51,633 nt of DNA. Source: Clytia hemisphaerica. Its lineage: Eukaryota. The notes beneath the pieces were generated by a model. That model searched no databases and was not told where the DNA came from. It saw nothing but the letters and a program-made list of their open reading frames with translations. The stretch spans positions 354,032-405,664 of the forward strand of contig NW_027104315.1 of the NCBI RefSeq assembly GCF_902728285.1. The letters run 5' to 3'. Positions 37,206 through 48,316 of the stretch are shown in pieces. Position 1 is the stretch's first letter. Each line of letters starts with the position of its first letter. A program made the position numbers and the translations under genes.

Positions 37206-37292
37206 CCCAGCTGACACACAACGTTGTTTCAACGTTTTTCTAACATTCACAACGTCCATATAACGTTAAATGAACGTTGTGTGCCAGCTGGG
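37206..37292. mobile_element. AACGTT-rich palindromic MITE copy
   Basis: Sequence identity. Confidence 0.8.
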
Positions 37293-38772
37293 TAGTGTTA
37301 AATTCAAACTGTCATCCGAAATGTTATCTGGCACCCGATGTAGAAATTTTCTTCCGACACGCTAAAGCTCTGAAGGTCGGGAAAATTTTCAACATCTGGA
37401 AGAAATACATTACGGAATTTCGCCTGACCGCGTAATTTTTTAGAAAAATGGGCCCGAGTGCAATTTGGATAGGGAAGGTGTCATGGCCGACAAAATTTCG
37501 GTCAGAAAAAACTTCCAAAGGTTTCACGAAATAAATTCAAATACAAAACTTTTGGAGAAGGAATCATGCAAAATATTATCATTCTTTTCACAAGGAGGGC
37601 GGAGAATACTCAAATAAGTATTTTCCTTCTTAAACTGATCACAGACAAAAAAAATGAATAACATTGTACACAAAAAAGCCTGAAAGAAGAGAAAAGTCAT
37701 AATCAGCATCTATAATAACACTAAAAGAAAAACTAAAGCTATAGAAAATGAATACTAACCCTCAATGAAGACTTTTGTGAAGTTTAATAAAGATTTTATC
37801 CAAAAAACTTCAGTTCTGGAAAACTGAAGTCGGTTTGTCGGTTTGTCGGTTGTCGGCCGGTGGACAACAGTTATATTTGGAGGACGGTCTAAGATAGATA
37901 ACAACATGAAAGTTACTGATAAAAGCCTAAGCCCATAGGAACATACCTGCTTTAGTTTCTTTGGTCTTTGAATGGTATAAAATTTGAGAAAGTGCAGAAA
38001 AAATCAGCCATCAAAACAAACAAAAACAAAAGTTTGATTATCAACTTTTCTGTGGTAGAAACACATTTTTTGGGTTGGTGCACATACAGAAATTACACTG
38101 GATACTAAAACTAATATTCAGGGAGTGATAAGTACAGTTAAACTACAAAAAAATCCATCAAAAGAAACCAAAAACAACCATAACAGCACACATTTTTTGA
38201 AAATTACATCAGCCATGTTGTTTGTAATTTTTGCCGACATACTCATGACGTGGTAACTAACGACAGTGATTTGACGGTCTTTTTGAGGCGCCAGATCTCA
38301 AAAAAACAATTTTTGAGCGTTCAGCACGGCCCCGAAAATGAGGGCTAAACTTATGTCGGCACATCAATGGATGACTACTATTTCTCTCCGATGGTATATT
38401 GGACCGCTCCTTTAGAGCTTTAGCGTGGGCGGCCGCCAATACGCCATCGGAATATCAGATAATCCGAAATGTGGTGAACATTTTGAAGATTCCTCTCTAG
38501 TCTTCGGCTAGATTATCACATTTGATCTTACCCCCTAAGGACCTAAGGTGTTTAAGCGAATATCGGACAGAGATAGAGGTGCATGAGTTTTTTTATTTAT
38601 CAATGAAAAAATTTCAAAATTTCAAAAAGAGAATCAGTGGATTGGAATTTTCCTTGAAAGGAAAAATGTGAAAAAAGAATTCACACATCCCCTACGGTGT
38701 TTAGGTTCTGCAAATACTGGATGGATAGAAATGCATAAGTTTTAACATTTTCAATATTTCAACTTTCAATAG

Positions 38773-39162
38773 CATCTCCAATGAAACTCAACTGCTATCA
38801 AAACAAAATGGAAATTGGTTTAGAATTCGATCACCTATCACGTCACTCCTTACCTTATATCGTCAAATTTCATGGTGATAATAACTGCCCAACATTAAAT
38901 GCATCTTCAGCATCTTCAATATACGATGGACGTCTATGGATGAATGCAAATTACAGTGAATGTGGTATCAAAGCTTTTGAGAGCGGAAACAAACTAGTGT
39001 TCAAACAAATCGTTGAAGTTGTGTACGGAAAACAAATGAAATCTTTAGATGTTTATCGACATTTTATTGATACTTATAACGCTTCTTGTTCGATTGATAG
39101 AAATGTTACACATAAATTAAACATCGATGTTAAAGAACAGGAGACTCTCGACGATGAAACAG
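38773..39162 (+). CDS. Exon, ZP-N domain (…LNCYQNKMEIGLEFDHL…GDNNCPTLNASSASSIYDGRLWMNANYSECGIKAFESGNKLVFKQIVEVVYGKQMKSLDVYRHFIDTYNASCSID…)
   Basis: Matches uromodulin ZP-N 'ECGANDMKVSLGKCQL…DSRCSGF…W…GPCGT…Y.N.L…I.R…I.F.CSY'; acceptor ttcaatag|CA, donor ACAG|gtaggc; enters in phase 1, so an upstream exon is required. Confidence 0.8.
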
Positions 39163-39174
39163 GTAGGCACTTTA

Positions 39175-39266
39175 CCTGTAGCACACAACGTTGTTTTAAC
39201 GTCCATCTAATGTTTACAACGTCCATATAACGTTAGATGAATACAACAACGTCGGGCGCCATCCGG
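39175..39266. mobile_element. AACGTT-rich MITE copy (degenerate TIRs), 13 bp after the ZP-N exon donor
   Basis: Sequence identity; flanked by a duplicated 'GAAACAGGTAGG(C/T)ACTTTAC' segment. Confidence 0.75.
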
Positions 39267-40034
39267 GTTTCTATACTTGTGATGCATATTTATTTTTAAT
39301 GTATGTTTTTATGAGGCCCTCCAAGCGGTTTTCTTGATGTCGTACTAGAGACTTTCTTCTGGCGAGGAAACAGGTAGGTACTTTACAGGGGGGTTTCATG
39401 GTTGACGGAGGAGTGGAATCGGCCCTTTTTCGAACGGAGTGGCGGAATTTGACGAAAATTTTGACGGAATTTCGGAAATTGAATCTGCTGACGGAGATGG
39501 AAAATTAGACAATTTTAGTGTGGAAAAACGGAATTTAGCAAATGTTTTTGCAGTTTTTCGGAATTATGGCTAAAGATATTTGAATCACGCAGAATTTTTT
39601 ACAAAGAAAGCTTGAACTTCAAAGGAATCTTTGATGGTGGAGTTCTTATTTTCACCCTGAAAATTGTAAAAAATCACCAAAAGTCGTCCCTTTCCAGATA
39701 CACATCTTGAAAATTAGTAAAATTTGGGACCCTACCAGATATCTTCAGAGCCTAAAAAAGGGATCCTGACTAGCAACATATCCCCCCGTACCCAATTATG
39801 CTTACCTTTTCTGAAGGTGAATGGTAAAATACGATGGCTTTTTTACGGAAAAACTTAATGAAGAACTAACTCGGCAAAAAGTACTCTAGGGGTTCACGAC
39901 TTGGCGAAAATAAAGTTGATTCAATAATACAGTGGGACTTCCAATTTGCGGACACCACGGGGAAAAGGGTGGTTAGTGTCTGCTATAGTGTCCACTAATA
40001 AGTACATATTTCAAACTTTTTTTTTATTCAACAG

Positions 40035-40233
40035 AGGAGAACGCCGATTTCAAATTCAAATTTAGTGCTTTCAAAGACGATAAAACAGCGATCAGTGGTT
40101 TGGTCTTTCTTGGAGATTTAATCCATTTCGAATTGGAGTTACTTTCCAACTCTAAAGTTGTGAAAACGTCTCCTCAAGATTGTTTTGCTACGCGTTTGGA
40201 TGGAACAGGACGCTACGATCTTATTAAAGATAG
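40035..40233 (+). CDS. Exon, ZP-C domain start (EENADFKFKFSAFKDDKTAISGLVFLGDLIHFELELLSNSKVVKTSPQDCFATRLDGTGRYDLIKD)
   Basis: Acceptor attcaacag|AG, donor ATAG|gtaaac; resembles uromodulin 'F.V.MALFQ…L..[22 protein letters not shown]'. Confidence 0.8.
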
Positions 40234-40814
40234 GTAAACATATATTTATTGTATAGTCAAAAACGTCGCAAAAACCTTTCTTTTGGGATGAGATTTAAGT
40301 AATAAAATTTCAAATTAATTTCTCAAAAAATTGTGTGAAGAAAATCTCCATGAAGAAAAACAACAACAATAGGTAGAAAAGGTAGCTAAGAAATGCTATG
40401 TTCAGTTTCAAAACCTTCGCGAGTGTTTTGCCTTAATTTCTTTTTTAGCGGAAACCTTTACCAACTTTAATAACCTTAAAATCATTTAGACGATGCTATA
40501 GTCTGTTAAAGGGATAGTTTATCGGCGGTAAAATGTATATGTGTGGAGTTTTCAACCGTAATGTCAGTATACGGAAAAATTGGCGATAGAGTTTTGAAAA
40601 AATGTCAAGCTCTACCGGCTGTAAACTATTTTCGCCGCAAAAAAATATCTGTTTGCTTTGGCTTTGGTTTTATTTCTTAGTTAGTGATTTGAAATCATTC
40701 AATACACCTTTTCTAACGTAGCCGCCAATTGCCACGTGAGCATTGTTTTGTCCGTTTTACCACCCTAAAACCGTTCCAGTCTTTTTTTCGCACCTATAAG
40801 ACAATAGAAAAAAA

Positions 40815-40911
40815 CCAGCTGGCACACAACGTTGTTTAAACGTTAATCTAACGTTCACAACGTCCATTTAACGTTAGATTAACGTTAAAACAACGTTGTA
40901 TGCCAGCTGGG
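40815..40911. mobile_element. AACGTT-rich palindromic MITE copy, ~125 bp upstream of the ZP-C exon acceptor
   Basis: Sequence identity. Confidence 0.85.
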
Positions 40912-41035
40912 AAGTGTAAAAAAAAGGATTAGATCGAGTTTAGGGTCGTAAATCAAATAATAAAGTGGCAAGTGTCTGACCGCGCGACTACGGTCGAAGA
41001 GGTGTATTGGCCAAATATTCTTATCATTTTTTTAG

Positions 41036-41328
41036 ATGTGTAGGTGATGATGAAACACTCGCGATCACATCGTCCAATCAACAAACACACATGTTCTCGT
41101 GGGAAATGGAAGCTTTCAGATATTTTGGAAATTCTGACGGTATTGTAATCACCTGTCGAGTTTTGGTTTGTCGAAATAATCCTTTTGATCAACTGACAGA
41201 TGAATGTAAGAGATGTGGACAAACTACCGTCAGACGAAAACGAAGAAATGATGAAGATGAAGAGGAGAAAGATGTTTTGAGCGAAACTTCGCTGAAGAGT
41301 GATCCCATTTTCCTTGTTGAAAGACCAG
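41036..41328 (+). CDS. Exon, ZP-C end plus consensus furin cleavage site and external hydrophobic patch (RCVGDDETLAITSSNQQTHMFSWEMEAFRYFGNSDGIVITCRVLVCRNNPFDQLTDECKRCGQTTVRRKRRNDEDEEEKDVLSETSLKSDPIFLVERP)
   Basis: 'IKD|RC' spans the splice exactly as in uromodulin 'IQDRCP'; RRKRR followed by a hydrophobic stretch; acceptor ttttttag|AT, donor CAG|gtatag (an alternative 6 bp later keeps the same phase). Confidence 0.85.
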
Positions 41329-41649
41329 GTATAGGTATGTCGCTCTCTCTCTCATTATTTCTCTTCTTACATGTTGTAAATTGTCGATTTGAGTGATACT
41401 TCATTTCCTGTATTAAGTTTCCACTGACTTTTCTGAGATTTTTCCGCTAAATAATGTTTTCAAGGCAGTTGTTGCACTCATAATGATTTATGAAAAGGCC
41501 CAATGTCATTATTAAATCTGTCATAATTTAAATACGTACTATGTACTTATCGTGCCTTTTACTGATGCATATTTCGTGACTGTTCCCCAGCTCCCGGACT
41601 ATAACTTTAGTCAACTCTGATGTTATTGTTTTATTTATTCTACACAAAG

Positions 41650-41813
41650 GCCTTGCCAAAGTATCTGGCGATGAAGCAGGTCTCGATCACACTGAAAAGA
41701 TGGCAATCATTGTCGTTTGTGGTGTTGTTGCTTTGGTTCTTTGTGTTGCCATCGTCAAAAAGTTTTTCTTCAAACCTCAAAGTGGAATGCCAGAAAAACC
41801 TGTTGTTGGATAA
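41650..41813 (+). CDS. Terminal exon: transmembrane helix plus short cytoplasmic tail (GLAKVSGDEAGLDHTEKMAIIVVCGVVALVLCVAIVKKFFFKPQSGMPEKPVVG*)
   Basis: Acceptor cacaaag|GC completes a GGC codon from the previous exon; 19-aa hydrophobic segment then KK stop-transfer; TAA at 41811-13. The ORF-track frame over this region (MLLFYLF…) is the wrong frame. Confidence 0.8.
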
Positions 41814-42979
41814 AAAACACTTTCTTGCAGCCTACCATCTGATAGATGGTGTATAATTTAATTTTTTGCGTTAATAAGGGATAACCAGATGGCAGATAGT
41901 TTCAGATGTATTGTCGAGAAATGACTATTTGAAACTGTTGTTACATTAGAAAACCTCCTTCTCACAAACTCATTGGGACCCCTTCCCACTGGAAAATTGG
42001 CTAAATTATCATCCCAAGTGGAAAATTATCCTTTAACTTTTGTCCCCACTGAAAAAAAGTCAAATAAACCAATCGCCTCTGCAAAATATTATGCTATTTT
42101 TTCCATCCCCAGTGAATTTTTTGGCTCGAAAACGATGGAATTTAAATCCCCAACAATAACATGAGAATGTCGGATCCTCCGTCGAGTTTAAGTCCGTTTT
42201 TTTTACCCCCACTGGCTAATAAATCCTACCGGTCCTGGAGAAGGTGAAAAGGGGATGTGTTACAATTCTACTGTTTTCTTGCTAAAATTAAAAAAAATTG
42301 TAACTTGAATGTTTTGATTTTGTAAAAGAGTTTGGCAAAAACATTTTATAAAGTTTTGCTCAGGACTGTGGAAGGCAGAAGATCTGAAACCATCTGAGAT
42401 ATCCCTATAATGTTTATGTATGTAAGATTAAGTAATCGAGGTGTCTTTATCTAACTATGTCAAGTTTTGTTTGCTGATCAATAAATCCGAATTTACTCTA
42501 GATTAAACATTCTAGATCTAAGCATTTTTTATATGTGCCTGTAAGATTCTCCGTACCAATTAGAAAATTAGTAATCTCAAAATTTATTTTTAAATGAACT
42601 AAACTAATTTTTGTATTAAACTTTGTGTATTGAACCATAACTTTTAGTCAAGATGATGTATGAGAAAAATTTCCTTTTAAAGTTGAATATTGTTGTTGTT
42701 TCATTTTAAAATCCTTATCCAAATCTTGTTAGACATGATCCAAACAAATCATCGTATTAGAGGAAAATATATCTATCAAACTGTGCAAAATCCTCTAACA
42801 TTTACTTACTATGATCTAAATGACTGCTTTACAAATTTATGTAGTCTTAGAAGGGTTGTCAATGAACATACAGTAATTTTGTTAAATTTAATTTGATTAC
42901 TCTGATAAAATATAGCATCATAGATAACTCAAAAGAATTCGGTATAGTTAATTAGAATTTGTTTTTCGAAAAATTTGGA

Positions 42980-43211
42980 ATGAAGTATATTGTTTTGCTT
43001 GTCTTCGTTCTGATTGGCCAATCACAGGCCAGCTCGTCAATTTCGTTACCAGAAACGAAAACATGGCGTCAATGTTTAGAAGAATTGAAATTGCAAGAAA
43101 GCATCAAAAGTTACGGTATCGAACATTTTTCAAAGATGGCAATGGATATACATTTCTTCAGATTATTGTATTCAAAAGCTAATTACACATTTTTTATACC
43201 AACGGACAAAG
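42980..43211 (+). CDS. FAS1-repeat protein exon 1: signal peptide (MKYIVLLVFVLIGQSQA) plus start of FAS1 domain 1 (…ANYTFFIPTDKG)
   Basis: ATG followed by a hydrophobic signal sequence; FAS1 H1 box 'T.F.PT+.AF'-like; donor AAAG|gtattc. Confidence 0.75.
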
Positions 43212-43502
43212 GTATTCGACGATTTTCTTTTCTCAGTGAATTTGAAACTTGATCTAAACACCGGTCGCTTTATACTTGTTGCAGCAGCAGATGCACCTCC
43301 TATTGTTAGAAATGCAATTATTTTTTATTTAGAATTATTGTGAAAAGTTATAGGCCTTAGAAGGTAACTCGTTGGGGTGAAGAAACAGCGTAAAACAGAC
43401 TTTTTCTATTCCGACAAGACAGTGTACCATTAATACAAGGAATTTCTTTACTCTATTTACTGTAATGTTACTCTTCGAACCTGTCTTTTTTTGCTTTTAA
43501 AG

Positions 43503-43736
43503 GTTTTAACATGAGCGAAACATATCTCACCAATCAAACATATTTCAAAAAGCGTCGATTCATGCAATACCATATTTATCCTGGAATTCACACCGCGCGT
43601 TCAGTCCGCGATGGTCGCGCGATCGTATCATTTGACGGAGATAAAGCGTATGGAAACAGGTTATATGATCGGTACACAAAGAAAATTCGATTTTGGATTC
43701 AAGGATCAGAGGTTTTACAGCACAACTTGAAATTAG
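43503..43736 (+). CDS. FAS1-repeat protein exon 2 (…YHIYPGIHTARSVRDGRAIVSFDGDKAY…)
   Basis: Acceptor ttttaaag|GT, donor TTAG|gtataa; phase 1 in and out. Confidence 0.65.
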
Positions 43737-44143
43737 GTATAATTTGATTAGATAGATAGAGTCAATATTTTATCTCGATAGCCCAGTAATGGAAGACCTT
43801 TATAGCTATTCGATTTTTTTCACGGGTTTCACAGCCACCCGGCTATCTGAGGACTGAACAGAAATTGTTGAAAGGAATTCGAACTGTGAGCCCGTGGTTA
43901 GAGGTGTGAACGCCTCTCAACTCTCCTTAGAATTTATCACTTAGATAGAGCAAAATGCTCATGTTTTCCTTTATTTCTATTTCTACGTTTATCTCTGCTA
44001 TATATATATATCTGAACTTCCAAGCTAGACTTCCTCTCTATGACTTAGGCGAGCTTATACAAGTTAATCAAGGTGGGAAAAAATCGGATTTAATCTCTGT
44101 TAATAACAGCCTAGCACTATACTATACCGTTTTTCTCCTTCAG

Positions 44144-44376
44144 GCAACAGTATAGTGCATATCATCAATCATGCCCTTACTCCGCCCACAAGTGATTTGT
44201 TTCAATACCTCGAATCAACACGTGGACATTCAATTTTCCTGGATATTTTGGACAGATACCAAGTCTATTTCCAGTTCCCTTTTGGAGGAACAATCTTTGC
44301 TCCATACGATGATGCTTTTGCTAACATACCAACGACTTATAAAGATAAAATTTTCAAAAATGGTCTCAACACAAGA
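44144..44376 (+). CDS. FAS1-repeat protein exon 3: H2 box of domain 1 (NSIVHIINHALTPP) plus start of domain 2 (GGTIFAPYDDAFANIP)
   Basis: FAS1 motifs 'NG+IH.ID.VL.P' and 'T+FAP.D.AF'; acceptor ttctccttcag|GC, donor AGA|gtaagt. Confidence 0.8.
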
Positions 44377-47300
44377 GTAAGTACTTTGCGGGTGTTTGCT
44401 GCAGAGAATCAAATTTATATATAAAACAAGAGCCGCAAAGATGCGGATAAATATTTCCTTTACAAATGTTAAAATAATAATCGATGTCCTCAAAAGATTT
44501 CAAAGTGCTTTAAATCTCAGATAACATCGTCCCTAAAAATTTCAAAATTCCATTTATGTAATTGCCAGTATTTACAGGATTATTCATAAGATAACTGTAG
44601 GTTCAAAGCTACGGATCACGAAATATATCCAAGCTGAACCCGACTGAGAACAACAATGCAGTAATCAAATTGGCTGGAACTTTAATTTTCGTTAGGCGGA
44701 CTTTAAATGGATTTTAGTATTATACTAGCGGTCACCCGGCGTCGCACCGCCAAGTAGAGTGTTGTTGAACACATCAAAAGACCTGATTATATAATTATTA
44801 TTTTAAGCGCTGATTTCCAGAAATATTATTTAGCCAAAAAGGGCAAACATTTAAAATGAAAGAATGACAAAAAGGAGAATATTTCACAGTAAGAAAACCA
44901 AAGAAAATTTTATATATTTTTAAAATGAGCTGAAATATTTTGTATTATACTTTCATATATAAAATATTGTAAAAAATGTAAAAATTAACTTTTGGAGTTT
45001 TTTGAAATAATGTACGTGCCAAAAAGTAAAAATCTTTCAAAACAGGGAAACAATTTCATAAATTCCGACAGAATGCAAAAAAAAAAAAATCTCATTTTTA
45101 TATATATATACTGGGAAACATTTCATAATCTGAAAGAATATCGATAGGAAAAAAATTCCCCTAACAGAAGCCATTTTATGATTTCCAAAAGCATGCTACA
45201 AAAAATAGTCACAGCAAAAGCAAAAAATGTCACATACTTGGAAACAATCATAATTTCCAAAAAAATCTCAAAAAATAAAATAAATTGTCATGCCAGGAAA
45301 TCACTTGAGTTTTCTTCATTTTTTAAATGCATGTGGAAGAAAATGTCGTGTTCACAACAAAAGTTTTCCACGTTTTGAATGCACGAGTAAGAAAATCTCC
45401 AAATTTATCACAAAAGTTTCCACGTTTTAAATGTACATACCGTCAACTGCTTTAACTTGGGACGATTGGTCGAAACATGGGACTGTTTGATATCTGGCCT
45501 GTATTTTCACTCACTTGTTAAATCTCTTTGACAACAAATTTGTTTTGATAACTTAACCAAGTTTATCAATCATACTTTCTTTCATAACATTTCACAATAA
45601 CTTGATTGGAGAATTAGAGAACGCCCGCCGCCTAACCGCCTATCGCCCGATGGGATTAACAAATAACAAGTGTGTAACTTGCCGTGCGAGTGACGTCAAA
45701 CGCTCCATCATTTTGTCACTAATTTTTTCATCTTCGATCTAGACACTCGTGTGTATTCCACTACGAATTTTTTTCATATTTTGATATAAAAGCCTACGCA
45801 GTGCAGTGTGAAAGAGAAATTGTGTTTTCTTTTAATACGCCGTTCATTAACTCAAATTAAATGACTTTTGACTTTGGAGGTTCGGTGAAATGGTGGCCAA
45901 ATTGCCGTCCCATGTTTTAGTCAGATAGTCCCAAGTTGGGGAGCAGTTGACGGTAAGAAAATCTCCAAGTTCATGACAAAAGTTTCCACGTTTAAAACGC
46001 ACGTGGCAAAAGATCTCTAACAGTCAGGCACATCCTGGCAAATGAACGGGGTATTTTTCACTTGCGACCATTGGCAAATGAACGGGGTCGAAAACGAAAG
46101 TAACGTAATAGCGCCGAATACCCAGTTTAATTGAACCGGGTTGGAAATATTTTGCTTCATTTCAAGGAACTGCATAGATGAATTTTTTTTTCCATGGGTC
46201 AATTTTGTCTTCGAAGATTGAAGAAACTTTTAATGAAAAAATAAAGTTCCCAGTTTTCTTCCTTTTTTCCCTTTTTCAGTTTGAAGTTCATTTTTATTCA
46301 TTTTCACGCTTTTAGCCTGAGACGTCCTATCTCATTTACACTGGGTGACGAATACCCCATGCAAATGCTCACCCCGTTCATTTGCCAGGATGTGCCTGAC
46401 TGTCTAAATTCACAACTAAAGTTTTCCATGTTTTAAATGCACGCGGTTCCGGATCCGGTTATCAGCTTTAAAATTTGAAATTTATAACCGCAACGAGTTT
46501 TCACTATACTGTCACTAACCAGCAGTTAATTCATTGTTGTAGATAAAAACACCAAGGGAAATTCAATCATTAACCAGTCAATTTTGCTCCATGTTTAAAT
46601 TTTTAGCTAAAATCAGTTCATCAACCATTCCCATTGCATTGTTGCATTGTCGGCATTGCATTCGTTGGGTGCAAACTTTTTTCACATTACAAGTATGTAA
46701 TTTTTCAGGTATAACATGGTCAGATTTATTCACAGTCACTTGCCTTCGTATGATTTATGTAAATATACAATCAAAATTGAAGTTAGTTTGTTGTGAAAGT
46801 TGATAAAATGTCCTGTTTTTCCAAGACCAAGACTGCAAGAGATTGTATCTCTCATTCCAGCTCATTCCAAACCAACAGAATGTAAACGAAACATCAAATC
46901 CAGAAAGGAATACCAAGAAAAGTTCACTATCGACCATTCCTTGTGACAATCGTACAAAAATCATGATCCAATTCAACTCATTAAAGCATAAAAACCAAGC
47001 AAAGAAAAGTAGCGAAAGAGCAAAAGTTGTTGTAGTCTATTTCCTGCCATCTTTGTTTTGGCAGTTAGAAACAAAGCAGTATGGTCCGATCAACAATACG
47101 CATCTGAAACGGCAGATATTTACAGATATTTATCACAGACGTTTCTTGAAAACATGACGTCTTCCGCCTCGAAAAAAGAACATCCTACTGTTTTTACCGC
47201 CGGAGCTTGATTTAAAAAGAGACTCATGTACAAACTCACGAAATTGACCAAAACCGGCGTTAGACTTGAAGGAGAAGAAGGAGAAAAATTACCGTTTTAA

Positions 47301-47814
47301 CAAATATTTCCTATATAGATAGGAAATATTTAAAAAGTAGTATAGCAAAAATATCGACTCTAATATATTCGAGAAAGTTGTAAACTTTTGATCAAAACTT
47401 TTTATCTAATCAGTATTTGATTGATACAAGGTTGTTACGTGATAAAAACTCGAAAAGGTGATTATAGTTGAATCAATAATCAAAATAGTTTGCTTTCTTA
47501 TCGATCGTGAATAGCTGTCTTAACAATTTCGAAAATGGAGATTTGACCATCACTTCATCACTTTTGGCTGAACTTTGTGTTATATTTACTTTTGATGACG
47601 CTGAGTCCAGTGAAGTAGACTAGGAGCATTTGACTTATTTTCAAATGAAAACATTCTTCATTCTTTTATTACCTGGCAAAACAACGAAAATCTGGCGGGA
47701 TATTTTACAGTCCGCCTAAGCAAAAACATATCACCATATACTACCGAGCCACTTAGTCACGCCATCTAGTCTATAAAAAAGCTTTAAGTGAACCATGGGC
47801 TGGCTCATCCTGAG

Positions 47815-48040
47815 ATACAGCCTTAAGGGGTTAAGAACCATAGGTAGAGCATTCGAATACGGTGTGCAAGCAGACGGGTCATACCAAAGATTTCAAACTG
47901 GTAATTAATGCCTCTCTTAATGTTCAACAATGGAGAGAATAATCAAGGGTAAGTGGAGCGACTAAGGACATTTACCTTTCGAAAGATAGCTATAGAAAAA
48001 GGAGCCTTTGTCTACCTCTGATTGCGATCCCAGACTTATT
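47815..48040 (+). mobile_element. SINE copy ending ~50 bp upstream of FAS1 exon-4 acceptor
   Basis: Core and tail align with the other copies. Confidence 0.65.
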
Positions 48041-48090
48041 TACTTAATACCGTAGTGCGTTATGTATTTAAAATGATTTTTTCCTTTCAG

Positions 48091-48316
48091 ACCTTCCTTC
48101 GCGACCATATTATTCGTCACCCAATGTGTCGTGGACGACTTTACCATAAAAGCGGTTGGTCACGTGTTTATAATGATAATGGTCAAACGTTGGAACTTTA
48201 CCGAGATAAAAAATCAAAAGATTATTCGTTTGTTGAGAGCGCGGGTGTTATGTCTGTGAAGCAAGTTAGAGAAGGATGGGTGTATGCTGTTAGTGAGGTT
48301 TTACTACCTAATATCG
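48091..48316 (+). CDS. FAS1-repeat protein exon 4 (TFLRDHIIRHPMCRGRLYHKSGW…EGWVYAVSEVLLPNI)
   Basis: Acceptor ttttttcctttcag|ACC, donor ATCG|gtaaga; end-of-FAS1 motif 'V.+V..VLLP'. Confidence 0.7.

Noticed and set aside
37054-37263. ORF-track proteins ending in …QRCFNV.L.FTTSI (also 25322..25612 and 38781..39230)
   Set aside because: The shared C-terminal peptide is simply the AACGTT palindromic MITE read in frame. These are read-through artefacts of exons into intronic MITEs, not a conserved protein motif.
39356-39376. A second 'GAAACAG|gtaggtactttac' donor 200 bp downstream of the ZP-N exon
   Set aside because: Using it would incorporate the MITE and an in-frame stop (…FTTSI*). The proximal donor at 39162/63 keeps phase into exon 40035. 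Kept only as a possible cryptic or alternative donor (see findings).
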